Below the pieces are notes generated by a model. The model was not told the DNA's origin. It ran no database searches and saw only the letters and a list, made by a program, of their open reading frames with translations. Positions 52,710-64,000 of a stretch of 64,000 nt of DNA are shown one piece after another. This stretch comes from Podarcis vaucheri (taxonomy: Eukaryota). The position numbers and the translations under genes are program-made. The first letter of the stretch is position 1, and every line of letters begins with the position of its first letter. The stretch is from the NCBI GenBank assembly GCA_965113315.1, contig OZ220375.1. One strand, 5' to 3'.

Positions 52710-52923
52710 CTGTCCCTTATAAAGCATATTTTCTTCGGAATCATAGGAGAAGAGAAACATGTTGATGAAGTGGATGAGAAGACTTGGTGCCTTCATGGAG
52801 TTCTTAGCATCGTAGGCTGTCCACTTATAGAAAATGAGGATGACCAGATAGCCAAACAGCGATGTCATGAAGACTATTTCAGGGATAAACCCGAGGTAGA
52901 TGTTCAGAGGTTTCTTAAAGTAG
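52710..52923 (-). CDS. ATP6V0A1: ATP6V0A1 coding exon ([15 protein letters not shown]...[14 protein letters not shown])
   Basis: 214 bp, ctag acceptor, CAG|gtaggt donor. Confidence 0.95.
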
Positions 52924-53135
52924 CTAGAGGATATGCAAAGAAGAAATTTAAGACCCTGCCTTCAATCAACGGATACAAGAGATATGTCTCCAACCCTGGA
53001 GAGCTGCTGCCAGTCAGTGCAGACCGTACTGTGCTAGGCACGCCAAAAGTCTGGGCTCAGTATAAGGCAGCTTTCTATGGTCCTGCATCTTCTCAGCCTG
53101 TCTACTGACTGCTAAACTAAAATGAGCACACTCAC

Positions 53136-53254
53136 ATGTGATTGAGCAGACTGAGAGAGACGCCAAAGATCATGTGGATGATGCCCAGAATGACAGACAT
53201 CTTCATCTTGAAGGAGTTGAGGAAGGTCAGCTTGTTGATGGCGATATTCCAGAT
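53136..53254 (-). CDS. ATP6V0A1: ATP6V0A1 coding exon ([39 protein letters not shown])
   Basis: 119 bp, cactag acceptor, AT|gtgagt donor; NSFKMK motif. Confidence 0.95.
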
Positions 53255-53730
53255 CTAGTGCAAAGTGCAAAGACCCAAGGGTGTTCAGAACCAAGGAAGA
53301 GGACAAACAGTGAAACAGCTAACTAAGTACACCCAGACCCATAATATCCTCAGTAACACCCAAAATAATCTGCTCTCCGTAGGAACATTCCTTTTCCTTT
53401 ATAAAGCATCCTCGAGACCAAGCATGGCGTGGTGTGTCTTTTATTTTTAAAAATGCTAACCGTGTGTTCATGGCTACAGGAACAACTTGTAAGACAGTTT
53501 CTGTGAAAGGCTTTGAGTGTAAAGGATACTCCAAGGATCTGGGTGGATCTCCCTCCCCTGTGTTCTCCACATAATTGAAGGCAAGCCTGTCCCCACTGTG
53601 AACTTTGGTCTCAACCTTACTGCCCACTAATAAACCCTGATGTGAGACTACACAATTTGCACTTTAGGGGTGAGTAACTTCAAGGGCATTTCCGTTCCAC
53701 AGCAGTAGCATGCCACATTTGACTCTAGCG

Positions 53731-53897
53731 AATCTGCCTTTCATGCAAAAGGCCCCAGGTTCTTAACCCGCAGCTTCTCTAGGTAGGGCTAGGAGAAATT
53801 CCTGCCTGAAACCCTGGAGAGCTGCTGCCAGTCAGTGTAGGCAGTACTAAGATAGACTGACCAATGGTCTGACTCTGCATGAGACAGCTTCCTATGT
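53731..53897 (+). mobile_element. Squamate tRNA-derived SINE (Squam3-like); related degenerate copies near 600-775, 3985-4115, 17900-18050, 47520-47712, 52990-53080
   Basis: Shared body cctgcctgaaaccctggagagctgctgccagtcagtgtag...ccaatggtctgactc...cagcttcctatgt recurs in both orientations across the window. Confidence 0.65.
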
Positions 53898-54214
53898 ACT
53901 TAATTTGTGAGACAGAGCTGAAAGAGGTACTAGAGTAATTCAGGACTGTAGTGCTTCAGTCTTTTTTTAAAAATACTCTCCTACGTAAAGAGCTCCCTTC
54001 ATAAAGCAACATCAGTAGGGGAACAGTTCAGCGCAGCCTCCTCCCTGGTTTACTAAGCTTACTGTATGCAGAGAGTTCTTTACACGGTGGCTTCCCAAAA
54101 AGAGACTTAAGAGAAAGTGGCACAGTTCAGAACTGTACCACCCTGATCAACACTTGCTGTTCAAGAAACAAACAGCTCTACTCATGAACAGTAGCTGCAA
54201 GCAGGTGCTCTTAC

Positions 54215-54305
54215 CGGATCTATGCCAAAGGGGTATGCCCCGCCGAAGACACCCTCAATGGCAGGATTTAGCTGAAGGCTGGGATATTCCTTGAGAAGCT
54301 CTTCT
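54215..54305 (-). CDS. ATP6V0A1: ATP6V0A1 coding exon (EELLKEYPSLQLNPAIEGVFGGAYPFGIDP)
   Basis: 91 bp, cacag acceptor, CCG|gtaaga donor; YPFGIDP motif. Confidence 0.94.
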
Positions 54306-54593
54306 CTGTGGGCAAGAGAGCAGAAAGCTATAAACAAAGAATGACTGGAGGAGTACAACACAGGCACTATAGTGGAGTGCATCTTTGGCACAGCTGGGGG
54401 GCAGGGGAGGCGGGGCGGGAAACAGCTCTGGTTCTTTAGTTCCACACAGAGAATGCGCTAGTCACACAGGAGGTGCTGCTGCATCCCTGCCATGTCCTCC
54501 TCTTCCCACCCACCCCTCCCGCATTAGCACACTGCTCAGAGCGAGCATTTCACAGGCCTTCCTTGTGTCTTTGTGAGCATCTCATCAACTTAC

Positions 54594-54751
54594 GACCAGT
54601 TGGATTTCAGAAACATTGGCCGGACGCTCCAGGATGAGCCAAACACATTGAGAGACTTTGAGAAGCAGTCGTTATAGATCAGGCCGGTATAAATGGAGAA
54701 AGAACCCATCAGGAGAATGATGTAGCGGCCGCAGAAAATGGTGCTGAACAT
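54594..54751 (-). CDS. ATP6V0A1: ATP6V0A1 coding exon ([16 protein letters not shown]...[12 protein letters not shown])
   Basis: 158 bp, gccag acceptor, TC|gtaagt donor; GRY and YTGLIYND motifs. Confidence 0.95.
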
Positions 54752-55380
54752 CTGGCCAGTAAACAAGAGGAGGAGAATTTGGGGGCGGAGGTGGGGGGGG
54801 GAAAGAGAGATATAAAAAATACGAGTTGCATAATCAAGACATTGTTGTCTCCCCACCGCTGTCACCCCTCAGAGAAGGACACTGCGACCAAAGACAAGGG
54901 AAATCTCTGTCCACCTTATTCCAGGGCTTGAGAGGCCACAGGCCTGATCCAGACGGACAGAGACTTACTGAAAATGCCTGCCTGCTCTGCCCAGGGAAAG
55001 GAGGCAGAAAAACACCAGAAAGTGCAAAGCTTCCTTCTTCAAATTTGAATGCCAAACAAGTTTCCAGTAGATGTGACTAAATTAAGTGAAGCTTATTTGC
55101 ACCCCTGCCATTCTCCAGACCAAATTCTAGTACCTCTCAAAGCATACTAGCCTTATGGCAGCATGCAAAGCTTTTCTGCTTATTAAAGGTTGCAAAAGTC
55201 GCAACTCTGCCAGGAAAGGATCTCGCTAATTCTTGCTATTCTTTAGATTACAATGAATTCTTCATATTGAAGATGGAATCAAATACTTCGCAAGGAGCCG
55301 GAGACTGATCTTCCACTTTCGCTTTCATTCCCAACCCCACACCCTGCCCAAATTGGGGGGGGGGTGTTTGCCGTCAATAC

Positions 55381-55520
55381 CTCGTTGTCGCTCTTCTGTG
55401 ACAGGATACGGCTCTCCCGGATCACCATCCACACACCAAACAGCGTCATGAGAATTCCGTGGCCGACATCCCCAAACATCACAGCAAACAGGAACGGGAA
55501 GGTGATGATAGTGTATGGAG
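55381..55520 (-). CDS. ATP6V0A1: ATP6V0A1 coding exon ([22 protein letters not shown]...SQKSDNE)
   Basis: 140 bp, ccccag acceptor, GAG|gtattg donor; [11 protein letters not shown] motif. Confidence 0.96.
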
Positions 55521-57061
55521 CTGGGGGGATGCAAGTGAAGGTAAGTGCATGATGGACAATGCAGCCCATCTCTTGGGAAAGGCAGCCATCCCACGACCAG
55601 TTCTGGACCGCTAGCCCTATGGACTCCTTATATGAGCTGGCTTAGCGCATTCTGAAAATCCACTGCCTCACTGGCAATTTTTTAGGCGGCAAACGCAATG
55701 AATACTTGAAGCCATATCCTTAGATATATCAAAGTGGATAATATTATACTGTGTAGTAGACTGCTACATGCACCTAACTAAATAGCCTTAGTAAAGTTGT
55801 TCTGCTCAGACTACTACTATGTCTTCTTTTCATACCACTCAGGGCTGTAGGATGCTACTTGGCCATTCTGCTGAACTCTGCGCAACTGACTCGGAAGACT
55901 AGACGTTCTCTCTTTCACAAGCCTATGCAGCCCTGAAGAAAAAAGCCACCACTCATCCAGCTTTACAATATTTCACAGAAGTCCTTGTGTAAGGAAATGA
56001 GCTTCACACTCATTTAAATTGGATTAAAAAGTAAGCCGACATGTCAGCTCACTCATTTCCCCTTCTCGGTGCTCAGATTCCTCTCTAACAGAGCCTTCTT
56101 TCTCTCTGACCAAAAAAACCCCCAACCCTTGTCCTTCTGCTCTACAGAAGTTGCTTAGTTTTCATGAAGGAGATGCTGCGTTAAGCTAGCAAAGGAGCAA
56201 TTCTGCTTCTGAGGTAAGGGAAATTAACTAGCTTGGGATAAGACAATGTATTTCAAACCTAATTACTTTTCAAATGCTAACATATCCTGTATGAACTAGC
56301 ACAGCTGCCTATTTCCCCAAGAGAGTATTTAATAACTTCATGGAGATGTCGTTTAACAATAAACGTTAGACATGGCAAGTGAGAGCTACAACAAAATACT
56401 GCAGTGTTCCTATTCAGGGTTCCAGCCACCCACATCCTTTTCCAATTCTCAGTTCTACCCTGCCAGCCAGCATTATGTACCTATTGTGCATGCTCAGCCC
56501 TTAATTAACTGTGGGATGTTTTTTGTGGGGTAGGGGGATCCCCTAAATATTTTTTCTACTTTTACAAATCTCGACTTTCCCATGAGCCTGCTGATACCTC
56601 CCTTTCTATTTTATTTATTAATTTATTAATCACCTTCTACACGTGCCTCAAGAAGATTGGCAAGCATACCTTAAAAGCCATAAAGTTTTGTGTCTTTTTT
56701 ATTATTCATTATACTTCCCATTATCCCTCTGAAGCTGAGAAGCAGTTTACATGGGGTTCCTGGCGGCCTCCCATCCAAACACATGCCTCCTTGGCTTCCT
56801 TAGTTCTATATGGATTTGGTTCACTATGTTCATAAATCTGTTTAGTTTCTGAGGGTGGTGGTGGTGGTGGTGAAGAAGAGATCTATGCTGCAGTCGTATT
56901 TGCTAAGAGTCAACCCCTCCCCCACCCCAAGCAACATCAGTTCCTCTCCACATAGGGTTATGCAGATGCACAAGCCAGAGAGAACAGACAGATCAAGCTT
57001 CTTCAACAATTTATCAGGTGCTAGAAGGAAAGGCTGCTTTTGGTAGGCCAGACGCCATTAC

Positions 57062-57212
57062 CTGGATTGATCTCACGATAGGTTCCAATGCCATAGGCAT
57101 CTACGATGTTCTGAAACCCAGAGGTGAACTTGTTTGTCTTGTTGTATGTGGGTGGCGTCTGGTTGGTCTGCATCCTATTCAGGATGGAGGGGACAGTGGA
57201 TCCGCTGTGCTC
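57062..57212 (-). CDS. ATP6V0A1: ATP6V0A1 coding exon ([50 protein letters not shown])
   Basis: 151 bp, aacag acceptor, CAG|gtaatg donor. Confidence 0.95.
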
Positions 57213-58140
57213 CTGTTACACACAAACACACTGGAGGTTAGAGAGATTAGCTTGTTGTGGAGCAGAAACCAAGATCCACTTATCACCACACACTTTTCGT
57301 TATCATTTAGAAAGCTCTTGTAGGTTACTACTCTGCAGGCTCCCTGAACAGCTGCGTTTTGTTTCCGACGGATGCAAATTACATGATCAGGCATGTTTCC
57401 AAAGGCAAGAGAGATCGCACTGGATTAAATCCTGAGCCTCTAACAGCAAATCAATTAATGTATTCCAGTCCCTCTCCCAGTCAAGTGCCTTAAGGCAGGA
57501 AGGTGTGCATGTATTAAAATGTCCTGTGCATTATGTGAAAACAAACAGCGCGTCAGACGAGCTTTTAAAACCCAGTGGAAAAGATCTACTCGTCACCATC
57601 CAAACGAGTCCAGAACTAGAAGAATTCAGTTGTCCTAACGCTACAGAGTCAGAAAGGGGATCCAAGCTGTGGGTGTATCTTTGTTATAGGCTAAAAATTC
57701 TAGGCGAGTCTCTTCTCTTCAGAAAGAAGTGAGGAATCTGGGCCAAAGGCCGTGTTTGTTTTCAAAGTCAGGCAGATTTCAAATGTGTCCACTGTGCTCT
57801 TCTCCCATTTAGAGGGTGGAGACAAAAAGGGGAAGAAATAAATTGCCACTGAAATATCCACACAAATATCAGGGTTGGAGAAGAAGCACGTTTGTCAAGG
57901 CCAGAGCAGTACTTTGTGTCCACACACGAAACTAGCCACGGCTATTCTGCAGTCCTGTTTAGACACAGGACACCTGTATCCAAAAACCAAGAGTCTTTTG
58001 GGGAAAGCAGCAGATTTTGCTTCCAAGACCAATGGGATTCCCCCCATGTTTTGCCTATAAAAATGCTTTCACTGGAAGTGTGCGCCAGCAGTGTTTTCAG
58101 GGCATAGCAGTAGAGCCAGAGTGGTATGAATTGTACTTAC

Positions 58141-58353
58141 TGTGCCCCGCCTGAGGGCGAACTGGATGGAGTCAAGGTCAGCAACAGGACACCAGACTTC
58201 GGCAATGAGACATTTCTGGGTCACATCAATGTTGCAGAGGTTCAGGGTGTGGTAGATGGCCTTCATCTTGCGCACCTTTATGAACCAGACACGGACGTTC
58301 TTGGCAGCAGCCTGCAGGACCCTCTGTCGGTGATCCTCGGTTTGGTTCAGCAC
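58141..58353 (-). CDS. ATP6V0A1: ATP6V0A1 coding exon ([11 protein letters not shown]...[10 protein letters not shown])
   Basis: 213 bp, cttcag acceptor, ACA|gtaagt donor; inside ORF 58069..58506. Confidence 0.96.
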
Positions 58354-60810
58354 CTGAAGGGGAAGAGGGATCATGTCACATAAGGCCAGGCTCAAGAGAT
58401 GCTGAACTGCATTCCAACACTGTCTAATTCTGAGAGTTCTGCTGTAACAGAAGATACAGGAAGCCTGGAACAAAGACTGTGGTTGTGTATAGTACAGATT
58501 TTGCATCCAGAAAACAGGGAATTACGTGCTCCAATTAAAATAAATGCAATTACCCATAGTCTTAATGTGCAATGTTTGTTCTGCTTTGCATTAACCAAGG
58601 AAAGATGAGACTCAAATGGGGCGTTCATCATTCTCTACCCTATCATCTATGGAAATTTTACTTAGCCCATTCTAGCTTGAGACTTCACATATTTTCAGAT
58701 CCTATTTTTGCAGCCATTCAGGCTACAAACTTTATATCTTCCCTCCCCCCACCTCCCCCAGATGTTTTTTTGTTGTGCAGCAGACAACCATGTCCATGCC
58801 TCCATGGTACAATCCCACAAATCCCTTCCAGCCCAAGAAGAACAAGATGTTTAGCTGAAGGCAGAGGGAGGGAATGATAACTACGCAGTGGTGAGGAAGA
58901 CTGAAAAACGGGGGTGGACAGGACCATCCCTGCTCACGAGCTCTGCAGTTCCAACCGTGTTGTTGCAGTTATATTTGCTACATATCCCACAGCATCCCTG
59001 CCGAGTACACCAAAAGAACAAATTGCTTGCATTCCCAGTAAGAGAATGTTCACCCCTGCCCCACCTCTGCTGGCATTTGGTAGGAAAAATGCAGCATGGG
59101 GGTGGGGATGGGGAGAGACTGCGTGGGGAGTTTCTCAACTTTGGCAGATTTCTTGTGAAAAAGACCAGATCGCTTCAAAACTTTACATCTGAAAAATGAC
59201 CATATACACAGAATAGGTCTATTAAAAAGACTAAAACAATATAACCACTCTGGAAGCTATAGCATGGCCAGCTTCTGACAGTACCCCAAAACCAACAAAT
59301 GACCACAAATAGTGCTTTACAGGGGGCTAAACAGAGCTGCATTTGTTATCTCCACAAGAAGTGCAGCCCATTGCCTCAGGGCAATGGCTGAGCCCAAAGT
59401 ACTGTGTCAAATTCTACCTTTTTATTTATTTATTTCACGGAAAGGATCTTCAGTAGGGCCTTTGCTAAAGAAAAATATGTTGAGGCAGAAGAGGGGCTCT
59501 GCAAGACTAGGATATCTCAGGTTAAGTTAGCTCCTTGAATTGGGCCAAGAAGCTAGCCAGCAAAGTTAATGGCTAGAGACAAAGGCAGCCCCTGAATGCA
59601 AAATAGCCAGTAAGCAGATGGCTTGGCAGTCTTCGAAGGTTACTTTCTGAAATCATCCAGAGAAACCAAAAGCAACTCAAGGCTGGCAGTGAACGCCCTC
59701 TAGAAGCTCCAAATCAAGTAACGAGATGTGGTGACTTACAGTGCCAAAAACCTCCAAGGTCTAAGAGAATCAGCAAGTAGAAATTCGCCCTGCCAATTCC
59801 CAGGAGGAGATAGTCTACAAAGGCTACCAAAGTTGCATACCCAGCCAGGGAAGCAGATTGAAATGACTTAGTAAAGGATGTCTCATTCAGGGAAGCTTAG
59901 TCAGGTGTCACAAGGAACACTGGAAAAGTATTGGGACCAGGTTACCTAAAGGACCTTCTTCATCCATATGATCTTGCCTGTGTATTGAGATCAAGTAGGT
60001 TGGGCAGGCACACAATAGCATTTTCAGTGACCCCACCTTTATGCATTCTTTACTCACTGAGATCGGTATTAACATTTTTATGCAGGATTTTAAAAAACCA
60101 TCTATATCACCTTGCTTTTTTCCTGTTGGTGGTATTACAGTGCTGAAATTGAAATTATTTTGAATCATGTATACCTGGAGCTCCTTAAATAGATGTTTTT
60201 ATTTTACCTATTTTTATTATTGTTTACTATTGTAAGCAGCCTTGTGAGGGTGTCTACCCTGAGATATGGCCTAAAAACACTTCATTAAGGAAATAGTTAT
60301 AGCCTTAAGGTTTTTTTTTGGACCAGAGCCAACATGTCAAAAGTAGGGAATGGTTGCTTAACTGGACCGTTACTGGGAAGAAGGAATGATGTGTGTTCTT
60401 TGATTTGCTTGATGCCCAACGCTCACATATAATTCCTGCGATGCTACTTGAGCATGTGAACTTCACAAGTGCAGCACAGAAGCTTGCCGACAGAAGGAGG
60501 GACAGTTTACCCCTCTTGTCCAGTAAAGAAATGTACATTGACAGCATCCGCAGCCTAAAAGGCACTGGAAAACAGGTGCAACAGGAGGGTGCTTAAAGCC
60601 ACACCTGATTCTAGGGACACCTGGCAGTTAGCTTTCACACCCAAATTATCTGTCCGCTTAGATCACTGAACACCACACACCCCTATTAGAGTATACAATT
60701 GAAGATAAACTTCCCTGAGGGTAGCAAACCACAAAAGAGAACAATTCAGAGCTCAGAAGGAGCATCATGGGGAAAAACCTGATTGTTTCCCATCCCCACA
60801 TAATTCATAC

Positions 60811-60904
60811 CATCTGAAGGTCATCGATCCTGGTATTGACTCCAGCAGCCATTTCCTTCCTTTCCTGTGGAGTTTCTGGACAGGGGTAAAGAGACGCCCG
60901 GAAT
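60811..60904 (-). CDS. ATP6V0A1: ATP6V0A1 coding exon (FRASLYPCPETPQERKEMAAGVNTRIDDLQM)
   Basis: 94 bp, tttcag acceptor, ATG|gtatga donor. Confidence 0.95.
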
Positions 60905-61047
60905 CTGAAAGGCACACAGTCTGCTCAGTGACAAAGTGACAACACAGCTAACATGATGGAGTGCTCACCACTTGAAAGCCAGCTCTACATGAATTTGGAA
61001 TGAGCTGCTTGAACTCCAAGAACCTCCCGTATTTCCAACTTGCTTAC

Positions 61048-61130
61048 CCTTCACAGATCTTCTTGACTCGGTTTTTCAGCTGGTCACCTTGGAAGAAAAT
61101 AATGAACACCGACTTGTGCACATAGTCCCC
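61048..61130 (-). CDS. ATP6V0A1: ATP6V0A1 coding exon (GDYVHKSVFIIFFQGDQLKNRVKKICEG)
   Basis: 83 bp, ttctag acceptor, GG|gtaagc donor. Confidence 0.95.
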
Positions 61131-61250
61131 CTAGAAGAGAAGGGGGGAAACCAATGCAGAGAGAAGCCTTCAAAAAACAGCGGAATAAGCTTCTGGGGTT
61201 AGGCCTTCAAAACCTTTAACACTAATATGGAGCCATTTCCTGGGTCTCAA

Positions 61251-61252
<2 letters not shown>

Positions 61253-61290
<38 letters not shown>
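61253..61290. repeat. (AC)n microsatellite
   Basis: Direct observation. Confidence 0.95.
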
Positions 61291-61292
<2 letters not shown>

Positions 61293-62280
61293 AAGCAGCC
61301 TGCCAACATCTGTAGCATTAGGGAGCCTTTCAAAATGTATCCAGTTCCACCTCAGACCCTGCAAGGCTCTCATACGTGTTCCAGGGAGAAGCTACCAAGT
61401 AAACTCATTGTGCTTTTGCAGAATAATTGAGGGGGGCAGGGGAGGAGGAGAAGCAGAGATTAATAACCCTATCTAATTAAGTTTGGCTGGTATAAAGAGG
61501 AATTGCAATGTAACCAGAGAATCCAGGCAGATAAGCCTAGCAGCTGAACAAGGACGTGATCTGCAGTAAACAAGCAGAAGGAAAAGGAGTGAATGGAAAG
61601 GAACTGATGTATGCAGTGGACTTTAGAGTCCAAACCCTTGAACTCTCCGGGGAGGCCAGGAGTGCATTCTTCAGGCAGCTGGCTGGGCTCAGATAGCGAC
61701 TTCCCCCCCTTCCTGCATTTGTTCAAGAACAAGACACCGGGCTACCTCCATTAGGAAACTTTTGTGCAGCCTTGATGAGAATAGGGGCATTGGGTGGGTG
61801 CAACCTTGTTGTCCGTTACACTTTCCTCTGCTAAGGATGAAGGCAGCTGATTGCTATGATTCCGACTGCCTTCTCTAAGACAAAGACATTCTGAATCCTA
61901 AGCTGGGACTGTGCTTTAAAAATATATATCCCACCCCACAAACAGCTGGTTTCTGCAGCATATACAGACATGCAAATGAAGGAAAAATGAAAAGATTTGC
62001 TTATCTTGGACATTAGTAGACAGGTGGTAGGAACAAAATAAACATTGACTAGGGGCTTCAAACTGTGTTGTGGGGGGGAAGAGAGACCTCTTTTCTGCCT
62101 CTCACGCGCCCATCTGAACTTTTCACAAATCCTAATTTCACCTTCATTGTAACTGGTGTTTGGTTTCTCAAACAAGACACCCAAGATTCAAGCCTGCCTG
62201 GAAGCATTTCCCAAGACTTAGGATAACCCCTGAGCCCAAATTCTAGAGTAGCTGGCATTATTAAAGCTCCATACTACCTC

Positions 62281-62281
<1 letters not shown>

Positions 62282-62326
<45 letters not shown>
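62282..62326. repeat. (TAT)n microsatellite
   Basis: Direct observation. Confidence 0.95.
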
Positions 62327-62327
<1 letters not shown>

Positions 62328-62981
62328 TATTTCTAACCCGCCCATCTGGCTGGGTACCATTATTTGTCCTCACTACTAACCCTGTTGATACCATTAGTTG
62401 TTTAAGTTAACAAAAGCAGATCCATGTGTGTCATTTAACAGTGTGTTTCAGGATCCGTTTTGTTTACATTTTAAAACATGTGACAAATTTAATTATTATA
62501 GCACACCGACATTAGAATATGCAAACATGTACTTAAATCAAGTCTATCCAATATTTAGAGAGCATTTGGTTTTTGAGCTCATTCATCTAGCTTAATGTTC
62601 TTCTTTAGTGGACTAAAACCATACATAGTAAAAACTTCAACTGAGAATATCTTTTTAAGGATATTGACATAAAACTCTTTTGAGGATGTATTTGAGGGTA
62701 CTGAGATAAAAGGTAACTTCTATAAGTGAATTGTTAAGCTGTCAAAAGAAAAGACCACTTTTAAAATTTCACAATCCTACACCTCCACATAATGAGGGCA
62801 TTATCAATGGCTTCAAAGAAAGCAGGCAGTTATATTTCAGATCCAATTAAAATATGACTTCTCCATGATCCACAACAGAAGTCAAGCTTTTGTTAAGAAG
62901 AACACACTTTAAGAAGTTAGGCTGCAAGCTTTCATCTTGACAGCCCACAGCAGCCTGCGGCTGCAAAAGCAGTCCTTATAC

Positions 62982-63108
62982 CGTCACAGGGTCCTCCAGC
63001 GGATTTTCAATTTCAGCCTGACGCAAGAAGACATTTCCACGACACACCCTCCACAGCATCCGCTCAAAGGTAGGGATCCGCTCACGATTGATCACACCAG
63101 CCACAAAT
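62982..63108 (-). CDS. ATP6V0A1: ATP6V0A1 coding exon ([42 protein letters not shown])
   Basis: 127 bp, ttcag acceptor, ACG|gtataa donor. Confidence 0.95.
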
Positions 63109-64000
63109 CTGAACACAATGGAAGTCACACAAAAATAAAAGAAATGAGTATGCATTCAGCAATGTTCTGTTCAGTGCAGGGCCTGGAAGACACACAGACA
63201 GATACAGTAAAGGCAACAGAAAGCAAGAGAGGGACCCAACATCAACGGTTTGATGAATATGAAAGGGAAACAAGCCACTGTCTATGCAATTTTAGTAAAA
63301 AGAAGAAGGTAGGATTCAAACTCTGTTTCTTTCAGCATTAGGAACTACCTGACTTTTAGAAAACATCTGAAGGCAGCCCTGTTTAGGGAAGTTTTTAATG
63401 TTTGATTCTATTTTTAATATTCTGTTGGGAGCATTATTATTATTATTATGAAGCCACTTTTGCTCTTTTGTGCTGTGCCTATAGAAAGGCTTGACACACT
63501 GTGGCTAAGGAAGCAGAACTATGGTTTGGCATGACATATAAACTGGCAACCCTTGTTTCATAATTGACCAGCAAAGCAGGATGGGGAACCGTGCTTTGAG
63601 GTGGATTTGTGAATCATGATTTGCGATGTGATGTCTGAATTGACCAGCTATAGGTTACAGTCTACTCCCAAAGACTGCTACACTAAGGAGAGAGGCATAA
63701 TCTTATGGCACTGAGTGTTGAGACAAAGGAAAAACAAAAGCAGCCAAGCACTCTAGTATACCTGCTGTATGTTCGGAACCTCAAACCATTATGGGTTCTA
63801 GATAGTTAGTTCAAAGCGTGATTGACATTAACATCTGAGCTGAGGCAAAAATTAGCAAATGTTATAGAAATAAGACCTAAAGAAGCTACATTCCCAAAGA
63901 GCTGGAAGTCTGCTGCAGGACACTATTTGTTAAAATGGTCCATTTAACAACGATTCATTCTTCAGCAATTATATAAAAAAACTAAGATGCACCACAGAAA

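Larger units (their letters stand above)
36762..63108 (-). other. ATP6V0A1: ATP6V0A1 gene span within the window (5'-partial), V-type proton ATPase 116 kDa subunit a1
   Basis: 15 constitutive GT-AG exons splice in frame into a protein nearly identical to vertebrate a1 from [20 protein letters not shown] to the C-terminal FLPFSF...E*. Confidence 0.95.

Noticed and set aside
52479-53108. 209-aa plus-strand ORF
   Set aside because: Antisense shadow of an ATP6V0A1 exon flanked by SINE fragments
1-64000. CRISPR array, operon or other prokaryotic/viral system
   Set aside because: No regularly spaced repeat-spacer array and no long intronless ORFs; the sequence is spliceosomal-intron vertebrate DNA

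Overview
Vertebrate genomic DNA, most likely a squamate and probably a lacertid lizard (inferred from a Sauria SINE and tRNA-Lys/CR1-tail SINEs). Two genes lie in tandem on the minus strand. (1) The 3' part of a V-ATPase V0 subunit a1 gene (ATP6V0A1): 15 constitutive coding exons from 63108 down to the stop at 36762, all GT-AG with compatible phases. It also has an 18-nt microexon (47161-47178), a 75-nt cassette exon (51160-51234) and a candidate stop-containing poison exon (49093-49134); its 5' exons lie outside the window. (2) About 15 kb downstream, the first coding exon (21213-21776) of an ASIC2a-like acid-sensing ion channel, which looks more diverged than a true ASIC2 orthologue. Its first intron runs off the left end and no further ASIC exon was recognised. 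The remainder is intronic or intergenic, with SINEs, hAT and Tc1/mariner-type MITEs, microsatellites, a 170-N gap next to the ASIC promoter and an exact 129-bp direct repeat. No prokaryote-type system (CRISPR, operon) is present. Comparisons to human proteins are from memory, not from a database search.
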